Origin: Octopus bimaculoides
Lineage: Eukaryota
Direction of reading: 5' to 3'
Length of the DNA stretch: 64,000 nucleotides
Assembly (NCBI RefSeq): GCF_001194135.2
Contig: NC_068990.1
Coordinates: forward strand, 15,351,823-15,415,822
In this document: piece by piece, positions 39,987 through 52,757 of the stretch
Layout: each line of letters starts with the position of its first letter
Position numbering within the stretch: position 1 is the stretch's first letter
Position numbers and translations under genes: made by a program
The notes under the pieces: model-generated
What the model was told of the DNA's origin: nothing
What the model saw: only the letters and a program-made list of their open reading frames with translations
The model's database searches: none

Positions 39987-40229
39987 TTTATAAGCTATTT
40001 TAGAAACACATAAAAACCGTTAGATTCACTTCAACATTTAAATTTAATTTACCAAAATATTTTCGTCGCTTTAAGACCGCGACATGCTCACTGACAAAAT
40101 TCCGTGCTGCACGGAATTTTGTCAGTGAATAGGTCGCGGTCTCAAAGCGACGAAAATATTTTGGTAAATTTAATTTAAATGTTGAAGTGAATCTAACAGT
40201 TTTTGTGTGTTTCTTAAATGGCTTATAAA
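39987..40229. repeat. Near-perfect 243-bp palindrome (121-bp arms, 1-nt centre at 40108); each arm carries hammerhead-like topology
   Basis: Arms read as reverse complements with only a few substitutions. Centre is TCCGTGC-T-GCACGGA. Confidence 0.9.
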
Positions 40230-41316
40230 AAAAAAGATAAATATTTGAAAAATAAAACTTCTACCAAGATACCAAGTGGTGACTTCTCCATACATTTTAT
40301 TCTCCAACTCCTGGCATTAAAAATAATTACCACCAAGCCTAATAATATCCACATAAAGGAACATGAACATCAAAAATTCTGACATTTAATTAAGTATTTA
40401 CCAGTTAATTAGAACTATTAGCACTAGTTCTTATTTGGTCATTGTAGTCAACACACTTAATTACCAAACGATGAGAAAGAAATTTTGTAGATCAGTGATT
40501 AATTCAAATTCTAATTTCTCTTCTCTTGAACCAATCATATTTGCAAAACTTTTCTTGTTATGTTGAAATGACAAATGTATAAGTAGTAAGCACCTGATAA
40601 ACCGAACATCTGACCTAGATTTAATTCTTCTTTCAAACCCTGAAACCAGTAGAGATTTTTATCCTTAAATCTCTGATGTAAAGAGCATGACTCATTTACT
40701 CTAGTTTGTGGGGTAAATATGTTTCGTCATATGAAGAGCTTACTTTTAAAATCAGATATATACATCAGAATAACTTTCAAGTAATTGTTTAAAACAACAA
40801 CTTGAATATATCTGATTTTGATTGGAAGATTAACGTTCCCCTACTGTCTATATGGCATCTATCCCAGCTCGACTGTAAAAAATTTCCCATTCGTGAAGCC
40901 GGCAGCTTGCAGATTGACTTTTAATGGTTATCATGAAATCAACCAAATATGCACTTATACCAGTTTTGAAAGTAAGCTCTTCATATTATCTTATGAGGGG
41001 ATATAGTTGTAGAAGAGTTAGAGGATGGGAGGTTAATTGCGTATATGCATATCTTTTCTCTTTTATCTTCCACTTGTTTCAGCCATTAGACTGCAGCCAT
41101 GCTGTGGCACCACCTTGAAGAATTTTTAGTTGAACGAATCGACCCCAGTGTTTATTTTTGCTTTTTAAACCTGACACTTATTCTATCAGTGACTAATGCT
41201 GAACGGCTAATTTACAGGGACATAAACACACCAGCACTGGTTGACAAATGGTGTTCGGGGACAAACACAGACACAAAGACACACACATACACATACATTA
41301 TACATACGTATATATA

Positions 41317-41373
<57 letters not shown>

Positions 41374-42202
41374 NNNNNNNNNNNNNNNNNNNNNNNNNNN
41401 NNNNNNNNNNNNNNNNNNNNNNNNNNNNNNNNNNNNNNNNNNNNNNNNNNNNNNNNNNNNNNNNNNNNNNNNNNNNNNNNNNNNNNNNNNNNNNNNNNNN
41501 NNNNNNNNNNNNNNNNNNNNNNNNNNNNNNNNNNNNNNNNNNNNNNNNNNNNNNNNNNNNNNNNNNNNNNNNNNNNNNNNNNNNNNNNNNNNNNNNNNNN
41601 NNNNNNNNNNNNNNNNNNNNNNNNNNNNNNNNNNNNNNNNNNNNNNNNNNNNNNNNNNNNNNNNNNNNNNNNNNNNNNNNNNNNNNNNNNNNNNNNNNNN
41701 NNNNNNNNNNNNNNNNNNNNNNNNNNNNNNNNNNNNNNNNNTCGGCAAATGAGACCGATAGAATAAGTACTAAGCTTACAAAGAATAAGTCCTGGGGTCG
41801 ATTTGCTCGACTAAAGGTGGTGCTCCAGCATGGCCACAGTCAAATGACTGAAATAAGTAAAAGAGAGTAAAAGAGTATATGATTGTATGATGCCTGTATG
41901 CCTAAGCAGCAGTGATACGAGGCGTGACTGCCAAGGACATGTGCAAGCTTGAAAGAAATGAAGCTAGTATGCTTTCCTGGATGTTCAATGTCAGTGTTGA
42001 GAACCACTTTGCTACACTAAATGCAACATTCTGAGATTAGAATACATCATATCTCATGTTTTCTTGTCTCCCTCTGCTGCAGGTTCAATTCACTTTAAGA
42101 TCTACTACCTTATGCAGCAGTCCTTCGCCATATGCCTCAGGAACCTATACCAGCACAGTCTTTAAACTCTACAACTGATTCTTGCTACACCCAGTTATTC
42201 TT

Positions 42203-42400
42203 TCAATTCTGATGTCTATTCCCACTAACATTGCACGTCCTGTAGAGCACACTTACATTTCTATCTAGTCTTTGTAAATATCCTGCATTCAGCGCCCAAG
42301 TCTCACTACCATGTAGTCTTGTAGTCCAGAGGTCAGGTTCTGAAGTTAGTGGAAGTGAGTACATAAAGCAAAAGACACTGTGACACATACCAAACAATTT
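42203..42400 (-). mobile_element. Decayed RTE ORF2 fragment (another at about 41900-42000 +)
   Basis: RLHGSETWALNAGYLQRLDRNVSVLYRTCNVS matches the RTE fragment at 44.7 kb. Confidence 0.7.
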
Positions 42401-42923
42401 TACAGTCATTTCTCTTATATTACACCAAATATTTAATTAGTTATAATATATGTAATTGTCTTCTACATCCATTAATTCCATGTTTCAGTAACAATTTCAT
42501 TAAGTATAAAGTTTATAATTAGTGATATAGGTGTGATATGACAAAGACAAAACTCCATGGGATTGTCTGGTGTCAAGAAGATTATGGTGTCAGTGTTTGT
42601 TTTGGTTCTTGTGATGTCAGCAGCCACCAACATATCGCAGGAGATTGAGCAGACAGTTCAAAAATACAGGAGGTCAGTCCAATAAAGTAATGACGCCAGA
42701 AAGTTCTTTCAAGGCCATATGATTAGCAAAAAGAAAAAAAAAGGGATTTGATTTTTACTGCAGAAGTGAACATAGGTGCAGGAGTGGTTGTGTGGTAAGT
42801 AGCTTGCTTACCAACCACATGGTTCCAGGTTCAGTCACACTGCATGTCACCTTGGGAAAGTGTCTTCTACTATAGCCTCGGGCCGACCAAAGCCTTGTGA
42901 GTGGAAACTGAAAGAAGCCTGTC

Positions 42924-42992
<69 letters not shown>

Positions 42993-44436
42993 TGTATGTA
43001 TGTATGTTCGTGTGTTTGTGTTTGTCCCCCTCCAACATGACTCGACAACCCATGCTGATGTGTTTACGTTCCCGTAACTTAGCAGTTTGATAAAAGAGAC
43101 TGATAGAATAAGTACTAGACTTACAAAGAATAAGTTCTGGAGTCAATTTGCTTGACTAAAGGCAGTGCCCCAGCATGGCTGCATTCAAATGACTGAAATG
43201 AATAAAAGAATAAAAGAATAAAGAGTTTTTAAAAATTGTTGAAAAGGTGCCAATTATGAAAGACAGGTTCGATGGGTGGGGAGAGCAGTCACTCTCCTTG
43301 CACTCCTACTAATCTATGCCACTGACAAGCACCATATAATCTACCCTTCCCTTCAAGGAAGACCACTGAGCAAAGAATTAATGTATTTTGTGTGTAAGGT
43401 GAGATGATGGTAATGCATTACTTAGATCTGTTCTGGGTCCTAGAACTCATAAGGCCAAAGCCTTGCCCAGTTTCAATGGTAATATAAGTAACTGAAAGGC
43501 ACCAAGCTGGCCGAAGCATTAGCACACTGGGCGAAATGCTTAGTAGCATTTCGTCTGTCTTTACGTTCTGAGTTCAAATTCTGCCGAGGTCAACTTTGCC
43601 TTTCATCTTTTCAGGGTCAATAAATTAAGTACCAGTTGCATACTGGAGTCGATCTAATCAACTGGCTCCCTCCCAAAAAATTTCGGCCCTTGTGCCTAGA
43701 GTAGAAAAGAATATAAGTAACTGAGATTACTATGCTCCCTCCTTCAATGGGATTTTGATCTGTTCCTAGTACTCAAGGCCGGATTAAGACCTATAGAGGA
43801 CCTAAGCACTTAAAAGATTTTAGTACCCCCATATATATATATATATGTAATTCAAAATATAACCAATAATAAACCATAAAATAAATTTTAATTTTTCAAA
43901 ATGAAACAAAACTTACAGTAAGATGGAAAATAATGTTTATTTTTGTACTTCCACTTTATTTATATGTGAAAAATGTTCTCCTACTTTTTTTAATGGCAAA
44001 GTCTTTGATCAGAACCTTACTATGAAACCATGAACACTTTGAAATTATACTTTGAATATTATTTTAGCAAGTTTAAAGTGATTTCTTTTGTGTCGCCAAC
44101 CATTTACCAATTCTGTGGTTCACCCCTCCCTTTGATGCCCTAAGCACTCACTTATTATTTATTATTGATGCCCTAAGCACACACTCACACCTACATGACC
44201 GACTTGCACACAGTTTCTACCTATCAAATTCACTCACAAGTATTGGTTGGTCTGGACCTATAGTAGAAGATACTTGCTCAAGTTTGCAAAGTGTTTTTCC
44301 TAACCACACAGCAATGCTTGCTCCTGTATTGTATTCCCTTTTATTTATTTCCGTAGCATTTTGAGAGACCACATAGAGGTTCCCTCATTGGTTTTTATAA
44401 AACTCATAATAGACCCTGGAATATTTCATGCAACCT

Positions 44437-45030
44437 TCGTCGTCGTCGTCGTTTAACGTCCGCTTTCCATGCTAGCATGGGTTNNNNNNNNNNNNNNNNN
44501 NNNNNNNNNNNNNNNNNNNNNNNNNNNNNNNNNNNNNNNNNNNNNNNNNNNNNNNNNNNNNNNNNNNNNNNNNNNNNNNNNNNCACAGGTTCCCTCAACT
44601 GCTAAGGTGTGGCACTTTTTCACACAGCTATCCCCATCCATTCTCCCTACATGACCGTACCAGCGCAGTCGTCCCTCTTGCACACTACAACTGATGCTTC
44701 GTAAGTTCAACTTTTCTCTCAAGGTACTGATACTATGTCTAGTATGCACACTGACATTACACATCCATCGGAGCATACTGGCTTCATTCCTTGCGAGCCT
44801 ACGCATGTCCTCAGCAGTCATGGCCCATGTTTCACTGCCATGAAGCATGGCTGTTCGTACGCATGCGTCATACAATCTGCCTTTTACTCTGAGAGAGAGA
44901 CCCTTTGTCGCCAGCTGAGGTAAGAGCTCTCTGAACTTTGCCCAGGCTATTCTAATTCTAGCAGCTACGCTTTCAGCGCACCCACCTTCCACTGGTAATT
45001 TGGTCACCAAGATAGTGGAAGCTATCAACC
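44437..45030 (-). mobile_element. 5'-truncated RTE LINE (ORF2 C-terminus plus 3' tail), comparatively young
   Basis: Open frame ARIRIAWAKFRELLPQL...RLYDACVRTAMLHGSETWAMT...LRWYGHVGRMDGDSCVKKCH, then a gap, then the ...GACGTTAAACGACGACGAC tail. Confidence 0.92.
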
Positions 45031-47660
45031 ACTTCTAGTTTTTCTCCCTGGAATGTGGCAGAAGTTGTTTTCTGCACATTCACAAATAATTAAGAAATAC
45101 TGAATAAAAACAGGACCCTGGCCTTGTTCCTAAAAAGCACTCAAAGGACAAGTAAATGTATTAAAAATGAGGGACAGACTGTCTATTACCCAAGAAGGTC
45201 ATGGTAGGATTTGAACTTTGAATGCAAATATCCAGAACAAATACCATGAAGCTTCCCACCAGACACTCTAAAGCAGTGGTTTCCAACCACAGCTCCAAGG
45301 GTTGCATGCAGCCCCCAAGTATCCTTCTGGTGGGCCCCTAATGGCCTTCTCTCTTTAAATATAATAAATTTTCACTTATTTTGTTTAATGGTTAATCCAG
45401 CTCTGCTTGTACTCATATACAGCTGAGTGAACTGGGGCAACATGAAATAAATTGTTTTGCTCAAAAACACAACATACCACCCCTGTCTGGGAATCAAAAC
45501 CACGATTATTTGTGAGTGCAAACACACTATCCACTAGACAACATGCCTTCACTGCTAATACTTTAGACATTATAAAACTATAGAACATTACATCTGTATT
45601 TATGAAAGTGAATTGGCTGTTTCTTTTTCTCTGGCTGGAATTTTTTCAATGAGGAAAACACTGGTTCATGAGAACTGGTTTATCAAAGTTAAGGTGACAC
45701 CAGCCAGTGTGGCTTAGCAGCTGCTAAGCTTTGCTGAATACCAGCTAAATGCTTGAGCAACTAACCTACTTAGAATATATGACCTGCTTATCATTTAGCT
45801 CTACAGTAACTATGAAAATGTACTATATCTATATATGCAGTAATTCCACTCTACTCTTTTTTCATTTAATTTCACACACACACACACACAACATCACACA
45901 TTCATGTATAGCTAAATCCATATACACATTTGCCTAAGATGGATATATAGTTGTATATGTGTGTTTGTGCTTGTATATGTGTGCTGTGTGTGTGTACATG
46001 TGTGTGTGTGTGTTTGTTTCTGTGCATATATTAGTGTTTGTATTTATATGTATTTGTGTGTGCTTATGTGTGTGTGTGTACATGGACATGTGTGTTTCCA
46101 TTTGTGTACATGTTTGTATGTATGTGTGTGTGACTGTGTGTTTGTGTATGTTTGTATTTGTGTGCTTGCCTGTGTATGTGTGTATCTGTGTGTTTGTGTG
46201 TGTGCGCTTGGTATGTCTTGCATATGTGGTATGTGCATTATGTATATGTAAAACAAATACATTCATTTACTGTATCACTCTACTTCATTTATTCTGTCCA
46301 AATTATTTTGGTATTCACCAGCCTGAAATTGTGGGTTTTTTTTTTTTTTATTGTTATTATGCTAATGTTAACTATTCTAGATTGAAACCGGAATTTGATA
46401 ACAGAGTAGTCTAGTCAATTATTTCTGAAAAGAACTTTCCATTAAACTATTTGTTCATGTGGCAAATATTTCATAGAAAATTCTAAACTGACATTATATT
46501 TAAAGAGAGAAAAGTTAAATATGTTTGTTGGTTTNNNNNNNNNNNNNNNNNNNNNNNNNNNNNNNNNNNNNNNNNNNNNNNNNNNNNNNNNNNNNNNNNN
46601 NNNNNNNNNNNNNNNNNNNNNNNNNNNNNNNNNNNNNNNNNNNNNNNNNNNNNNNNNNNNNNNNNNNNNNNNNNNNNNNNNNNNNNNNNNNNNNNNNNNN
46701 NNNNNNNNNNNNNNNNNNNNNNNNNNNNNNNNNNNNNNNNNNNNNNNNNNNNNNNNNNNNNNNNNNNNNNNNNNNNNNNNNNNNNNNNNNNNNNNNNNNN
46801 NNNNNNNNNNNNNNNNNNNNNNNNNNNNNNNNNNNNNNNNNNNNNNNNNNNNNNNNNNNNNNNNNNNNNNNNNNNNNNNNNNNNNNNNNNNNNNNNNNNN
46901 NNNNNNNNNNNNNNNNNNNNNNNNNNNNNNNNNNNNNNNNNNNNNNNNNNNNNNNNNNNNNNNNNNACACACCTCCCCCCCCATACACACCTTCCCCCTC
47001 CTCACACACACACATGGTTCTAAATGATGCTGCAAACAAAAGACGGAGACAGATGAAGGAACAACAACCGGGGTGTATTAGCTTGACACACAGGAAGAAT
47101 GGAAGAATTCTTCAAATTTTCAAGCCTACTCTCACCTTCAGAACGAAATGAGGAGAGAGGAGAGAGGAAAATAAAAAAATGGATGGAAAAAGAACATTAT
47201 AGTTACATCATCACCGGTTCAATGATGTAACCAAGGTTACATCACACACAATGATGTAACCATGATCTTCTGGTGATCTGATGAGCAAGCTTTCTTCCTC
47301 TGCATTAATTTGTAAATTACATTTGTAATTTACATATATAAACATAATTTATTACACTCTGAAATTATTATTATATGAACAAGGCTGTTAAACAGCTGTA
47401 ATCCTTGCAATGGCAAGTGGTCAACTAAGTGTATTCACCTCTCATACCTTCTGACTTTATATAGTTTATTTTTTATCTTTTATTTATTGTTTCAGTCATT
47501 TGACTGTGGCCATGCTGGAGCACCACTTTGAGGAATTTTAGTTGAATTAATCGACTCCAGTACTTATTTTCTTTTTAAACTTGGTACTTATTCTATCAGT
47601 CTCTTTTGCCAAGCTGCTAAGTTATGGGGATGTTAAGCAGTGGCTGGAGACAAACACACA

Positions 47661-47702
<42 letters not shown>

Positions 47703-50491
47703 NNNNNNNNNNNNNNNNNNNNNNNNNNNNNNNNNNNNNNNNNNNNNNNNNNNNNNNNNNNNNNNNNNNNNNNNNNNNNNNNNNNNNNNNNNNNNNNNNN
47801 NNNNNNNNNNNNNNNNNNNNNNNNNNNNNNNNNNNNNNNNNNNNNNNNNNNNNNNNNNNNNNNNNNNNNNNNNNNNNNNNNNNNNNNNNNNNNNNNNNNN
47901 NNNNNNNNNNNNNNNNNNNNNNNNNNNNNNNNNNNNNNNNNNNNNNNNNNNNNNNNNNNNNNNNNNNNNNNNNNNNNNNNNNNNNNNNNNNNNNNNNNNN
48001 NNNNNNNNNNNNNNNNNNNNNNNNNNNNNNNNNNNNNNNNNNNNNNNNNNNNNNNNNNNNNNNNNNNNNNNNNNNNNNNNNNNNNNNNNNNNNNNNNNNN
48101 NNNNNNNNNNNNNNNNNNNNNNNNNNNNNNNNNNNNNNNNNNNNNNNNNNNNNNNNNNNNNNNNNNNNNNNNNNNNNNNNNNNNTTTCGTAATGAGAGTG
48201 GACAAAAAAAGGAAAGGCACTCAATACATTTATTGGGAGTTACATGTATGGATCAAAACAGTTAGAGCAGCTGTCTGGCTTCCAGACCAGTGGCACATAA
48301 ATAGCACCATTTTAGTGTGATCATTACTGGTACTTGTGCTGGTGGCACATGGAAAAACATTCGAGCGAGGTCATTGCCAGTGACTCTGGACTGGCTCCTG
48401 TACAGGTGGCACGTAAAAACCACCATTTTGAGCATGGCCGTTGTCAGTACCACCTGACTGGCCCTCGTGCCGGTGGCACGTAAAAGCACCCACTACACTC
48501 TCTGAGTGGTTAGTATTAGGAAGGTCATCCAGCTGTAGAATCTCTGCCAAATCAGATTAGAGCCTGGTGCAGCCATCTGGTTTGCTAGTCCTCAGTCAAA
48601 TCGTCCAACCCATGCCAGCATGGAAAGCAGACATTAAATGATGAGGATGATGATGATGATGATATATATTCAAGTGAACACTCAGTCGCTGATTTTGCAA
48701 CAAGTAAAAATTCTTGTTCTAAAATCTCTCTAAGAGATCAGCGCAATAGTTGTACTGACAAGTAATATTTGTAGCCACTTTAACACGGCTGTCCATTCAA
48801 GTGGACTCTACTGTGGTTTTTTAATGCCAACAGGACATCTCCTGTAGCTGGTTAACAATGTACAGCTGCATCCAATAAAATTGATCAGCGCAGTAGTTGT
48901 CCTGACAAATAATATATATATTGTGTGCAGAAGCGAGCTGCTATCATCTTTGGCAGATGAAGTGTCCAGTGCTGAGGAGTGGCAGAAATAGCCTGAAACC
49001 AGGACTGGTCTATTGGTTCCATCGCTAGGAGATGGTNNNNNNNNNNNNNNNNNNNNNNNNNNNNNNNNNNNNNNNNNNNNNNNNNNNNNNNNNNNNNNNN
49101 NNNNNNNNNNNNNNNNNNNNNNNNNNNNNNNNNNNNNNNNNNNNNNNNNNNNNNNNNNNNNNNNNNNNNNNNNNNNNNNNNNNNNNNNNNNNNNNNNNNN
49201 NNNNNNNNNNNNNNNNNNNNNNNNNNNNNNNNNNNNNNNNNNNNNNNNNNNNNNNNNNNNNNNNNNNNNNNNNNNNNNNNNNNNNNNNNNNNNNNNNNNN
49301 NNNNNNNNNNNNNNNNNNNNNNNNNNNNNNNNNNNNNNNNNNNNNNNNNNNNNNNNNNNNNNNNNNNNNNNNNNNNNNNNNNNNNNNNNNNNNNNNNNNN
49401 NNNNNNNNNNNNNNNNNNNNNNNNNNNNNNNNNNNNNNNNNNNNNNNNNNNNNNNNNNNNNNNNNNNNNNNNNNNNNNNNNNNNNNNNNNNNNNNNNNNN
49501 NNNNNNNNNNNNNNNNNNNNNNNNNNNNNNNNNNNNNNNNNNNNNNNNNNNNNNNNNNNNNNNNNNNNNNNNNNNNNNNNNNNNNNNNNNNNNNNNNNNN
49601 NNNNNNNNNNNNNNNNNNNNNNNNNNNNNNNNNNNNNNNNNNNNNNNTATATATATTAATGTATGTGTGTGTCCTTGTGTCTGTGTTTGTCACCCATCCA
49701 CCTGCTACCATCTGACAACTGGTATTGGTTTGTTTACATCCCCGTAACTTAGCAGTGCAACAAAAGAGACCTATAGAATAAGTACCAGTCTTTAAAAAAA
49801 AAAAAGAAAAGAAACAAACCATAAGTACTGGGGTTGATTCATTTGACTAAAATATTCTTCAAAGCAATGCCCCCAGCAAGGCTGTACTCCAATGACTGAA
49901 GCAAGTAAAAGATAAAAAATTCAAGATGAAAGATATGTTTTTAAAAAAAAACTATTTTCTTCTTTCTATTTATAAAATCAAAGTGGTGACTGAAAATTTA
50001 ACAAGTTGCTTGGTTTTAAATATCAAATGTTGCTAAAAATATATTGTATTTTTATTTAATTAATTATTTGGCTGTGTTTTTAGTGGATATATCCGAATAA
50101 ACAAATCATATTCAAGATTATATGGAAGTTAGAATTTGCTTTGAGCTCTATTTAAGATTAAAAAGTATTAACTATATACCTTGAGGAAAGTACTTCACAT
50201 CTATGTTTACAAATGATGATGATGATGATGATGATGATGACCACCATCATCATCATTTAATATCAACTTTTCCATACTCGTATGCGTCAGATGGAATTTG
50301 TTCAGGCAGATTTTCTGAGGCCAGATGTCCATCCTGTTGCCAACTCTCACCTGTTTTCGAGCAAGTTTACATTTCCTTAGGGTCAGATATGTTTTGCATG
50401 GGAGACTGGAAACAAACAACATCACTTGTATAACAGTGAAACTCGTTTACAACCGTCACATGATGTCAAGACAAGAGTACACACACATGTG

Positions 50492-50523
<32 letters not shown>

Positions 50524-51399
50524 CACACACACACACACACTTTCACACATATACCTCTCTGTCTTTCTATATATGTACACACACACACACACATACTCTC
50601 TCACAATGGGCTTCTCTCAGTTTCAGTCTACCAGATCCCAGATACATTCACAAGGCTTTGGTTAACCTAAGGCTATAGTAGAAGACACTTGCTCAAGATG
50701 TCATGCAATAGCACTGAACGTAAGACCATATGGTTGGGAAGCAAGCACACAGCCATATCTGGGCCTAATACATACATACATACATACATACATACATACA
50801 TACATACATACATACATACATACATACATACATACATACTTATGATGATGCTGCTGATGTTATATGTGTGTGTGTGTATAAAAAGCAATACAAAATTCAA
50901 AAAAAAAAAAATTAACTTTAATTGTTAGGGGTGAAATGATAACTCATTAGTGATGATTTCAAAACTGTAGTACTGCTGGCAAATCTGGGATGGTGCTACT
51001 GCCACTCTCACTGATGTCTTGGACTGTGTCAAAAGAGAGACTGCCTGAAGTTACTTTACTCTTCCTTACATTGAAGTACCTACTGTCACATATCACTCTC
51101 TGCCTTTTCTACCACCACTGTGTTGGCCTCTGCTCCTTAGAGCTGGGTGATTGGCTGACTGATCTCATACAATTTCTCCCTTTCTTCCCTTCTCATCAAC
51201 CATAATATATCCTTCCTTGTGCAGGCCCTTCACTGACAACTATATCCTGTCCTTCTTCCTCTGGAATTCATTTACTTCACAGGTTATTCCTGCAGCTTTT
51301 GACATGAAACAGTTCACAAACACTAATAACATTGATCTTGTAGGAAAGAGGTTATACACCATTAGGTGTACTCCGCTTCCATACACTAAATTTCTTGAA

Positions 51400-51780
51400 G
51401 AAACAACGGAACGCAGATTCTGAACAACACAACAATATTTATTTACAGTGGAATTCGGCTCATGCTTGGAGGGAATTCGGTAGCTTGTCGCCTTTGGTTA
51501 CTGAGACGCCGTCAATGAAGTTCGTGGTTATTTGTGTAGCTCTAGTGCTGGAATGTTGGAGAGAGCTCGATGGAACGTCTAGGCTCAACGAAGATCAGCG
51601 AACGAAGAGAGTGAGAAAAGGCGCCAAAGCTGGGTGTCGAACTCTACGCATGCGCATGAGACTCTTCCTGTATTCCTTCCAGAACTAGTCCCTGCGCATG
51701 CGTGGATAAAACTCCGGACATTGAACATATAACAGTCGTCTGCTATAGGTGTCACTACAATCTCATTATCTAGCAGAGCC
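51400..51780. promoter_or_regulatory. CpG-enriched, probably bidirectional promoter upstream of ARL15
   Basis: Local CpG enrichment, two NRF1-like ACGCATGCGCA / TGCGCATGCGT sites (51646-51656, 51693-51703) and an ETS-like CTTCCTG (51664-51670), about 300 bp before the ARL15 exon. Confidence 0.65.
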
Positions 51781-52000
51781 CTGAAAGAAGATGAGATAAA
51801 CACAGTCCTTCTTTCAAACCAAAACAATATAAAGGAACGTGTTTCATTGCATTTTTAAATGAACACTTCAATTCCATCTACATTGATTCAATTCCTCTAG
51901 CTCTCTCTTATTTTGTTCATTAGAAAAAATTGATAAATATCTTAATGACAGATTTGATGAATATCTTAATAATAACATATTTTTTTCTTGAACCTTGCAG

Positions 52001-52148
52001 TTTGGTCGTCGAGTTTGTTGTACCTGTCGTAGCCCACCAGAAAAGCCTGTATTTCAAGTGTTGTGTTTGGGACTTACTGGATCCGGAAAGAGTGCTATTA
52101 TATATGCCTTAAGTAACGATTCTGTTGACAAATTGGAGCCTACAGTAG
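52001..52148 (+). CDS. ARL15: ADP-ribosylation factor-like protein 15, coding exon (P-loop exon)
   Basis: Acceptor ttttcttgaaccttgcag, donor gtgagt, phase 0 to 1. FGRRVCCTCRSPPEKPVFQVLCLGLTGSGKSAIIYALSNDSVDKLEPTV(G) matches ARL15 CFRALCCKGPPPARPEYDLVCIGLTGSGKT. Confidence 0.9.
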
Positions 52149-52535
52149 GTGAGTGTTGTTATTGGTTAGCCCAGGGGCATCATTGATTGAGCAAACCTAT
52201 AATCAAAGTTGTTCCAGTCATGACCTTCCCCATCTTCTTGTATATCTATGATGCTTTATCTTTTAGATGTTTCAGTCATTGATGTTTAACCATACTGGGG
52301 TTATTGCCTTGGAAGGTTTAGTTGAACAAATGAACCCCAGTACTTATTCTTATTTAAAGTTTGGTAATTCATCTTCTGTTGATCTCTTTTTGCCAATCTG
52401 CTAAATTATGGGGGTGTAAACAAACCAACACCAGCTTGTCAAGTGGTGATGGAGGACAAACACAAGGATGCATGCGTGCACACACACACACACACACACA
52501 CTCATACCTACATGACAGACTTCCACACAGTTTCT

Positions 52536-52757
52536 TATTCCTTTATTGCCCACAAGGGGCTAAACATAGAGGGGACAAACAAGGGATTAAGTCAATTACA
52601 TCAACCCCAGTGCGTAACTGGTACTTAATTTATCAACCCCGAAAGGATGAAAGGCAAAGTCAACCTCGGTGGAATTTGAACCCAGAACGTAGTGGCAGAC
52701 GAAATACCGCTAAGCATTTTACCCGGTGTGCTAACGTTTCTGCCAGCTCGCCGTCTT
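52536..52757 (-). mobile_element. SINE family C, full copy with 7-bp TSD AGTTTCT; related copies at about 16870-17300, 37562-37766, 43500-43715
   Basis: Head AAGACGGCGAGCTGGCAGAAACGTTAGC..., B-box-like GGGTTCAAATTCC. AGTTTCT at 52529-52535 and 52758-52764. The empty site is visible in the paralogous segment at 44212-44218. Confidence 0.9.

Noticed and set aside
51449-51470. Minus-strand MSRIP(L) start resembling the N-terminus of NKAPD1
   Set aside because: Only 5-6 residues with a weak donor, and I found no downstream exon with the expected RHTDAHNK motif.
51395-51688. 97-aa ORF containing a signal-peptide-like MKFVVICVALVL stretch
   Set aside because: It lies across promoter motifs, has no recognisable homology, and could arise by chance in a locally GC-richer patch.
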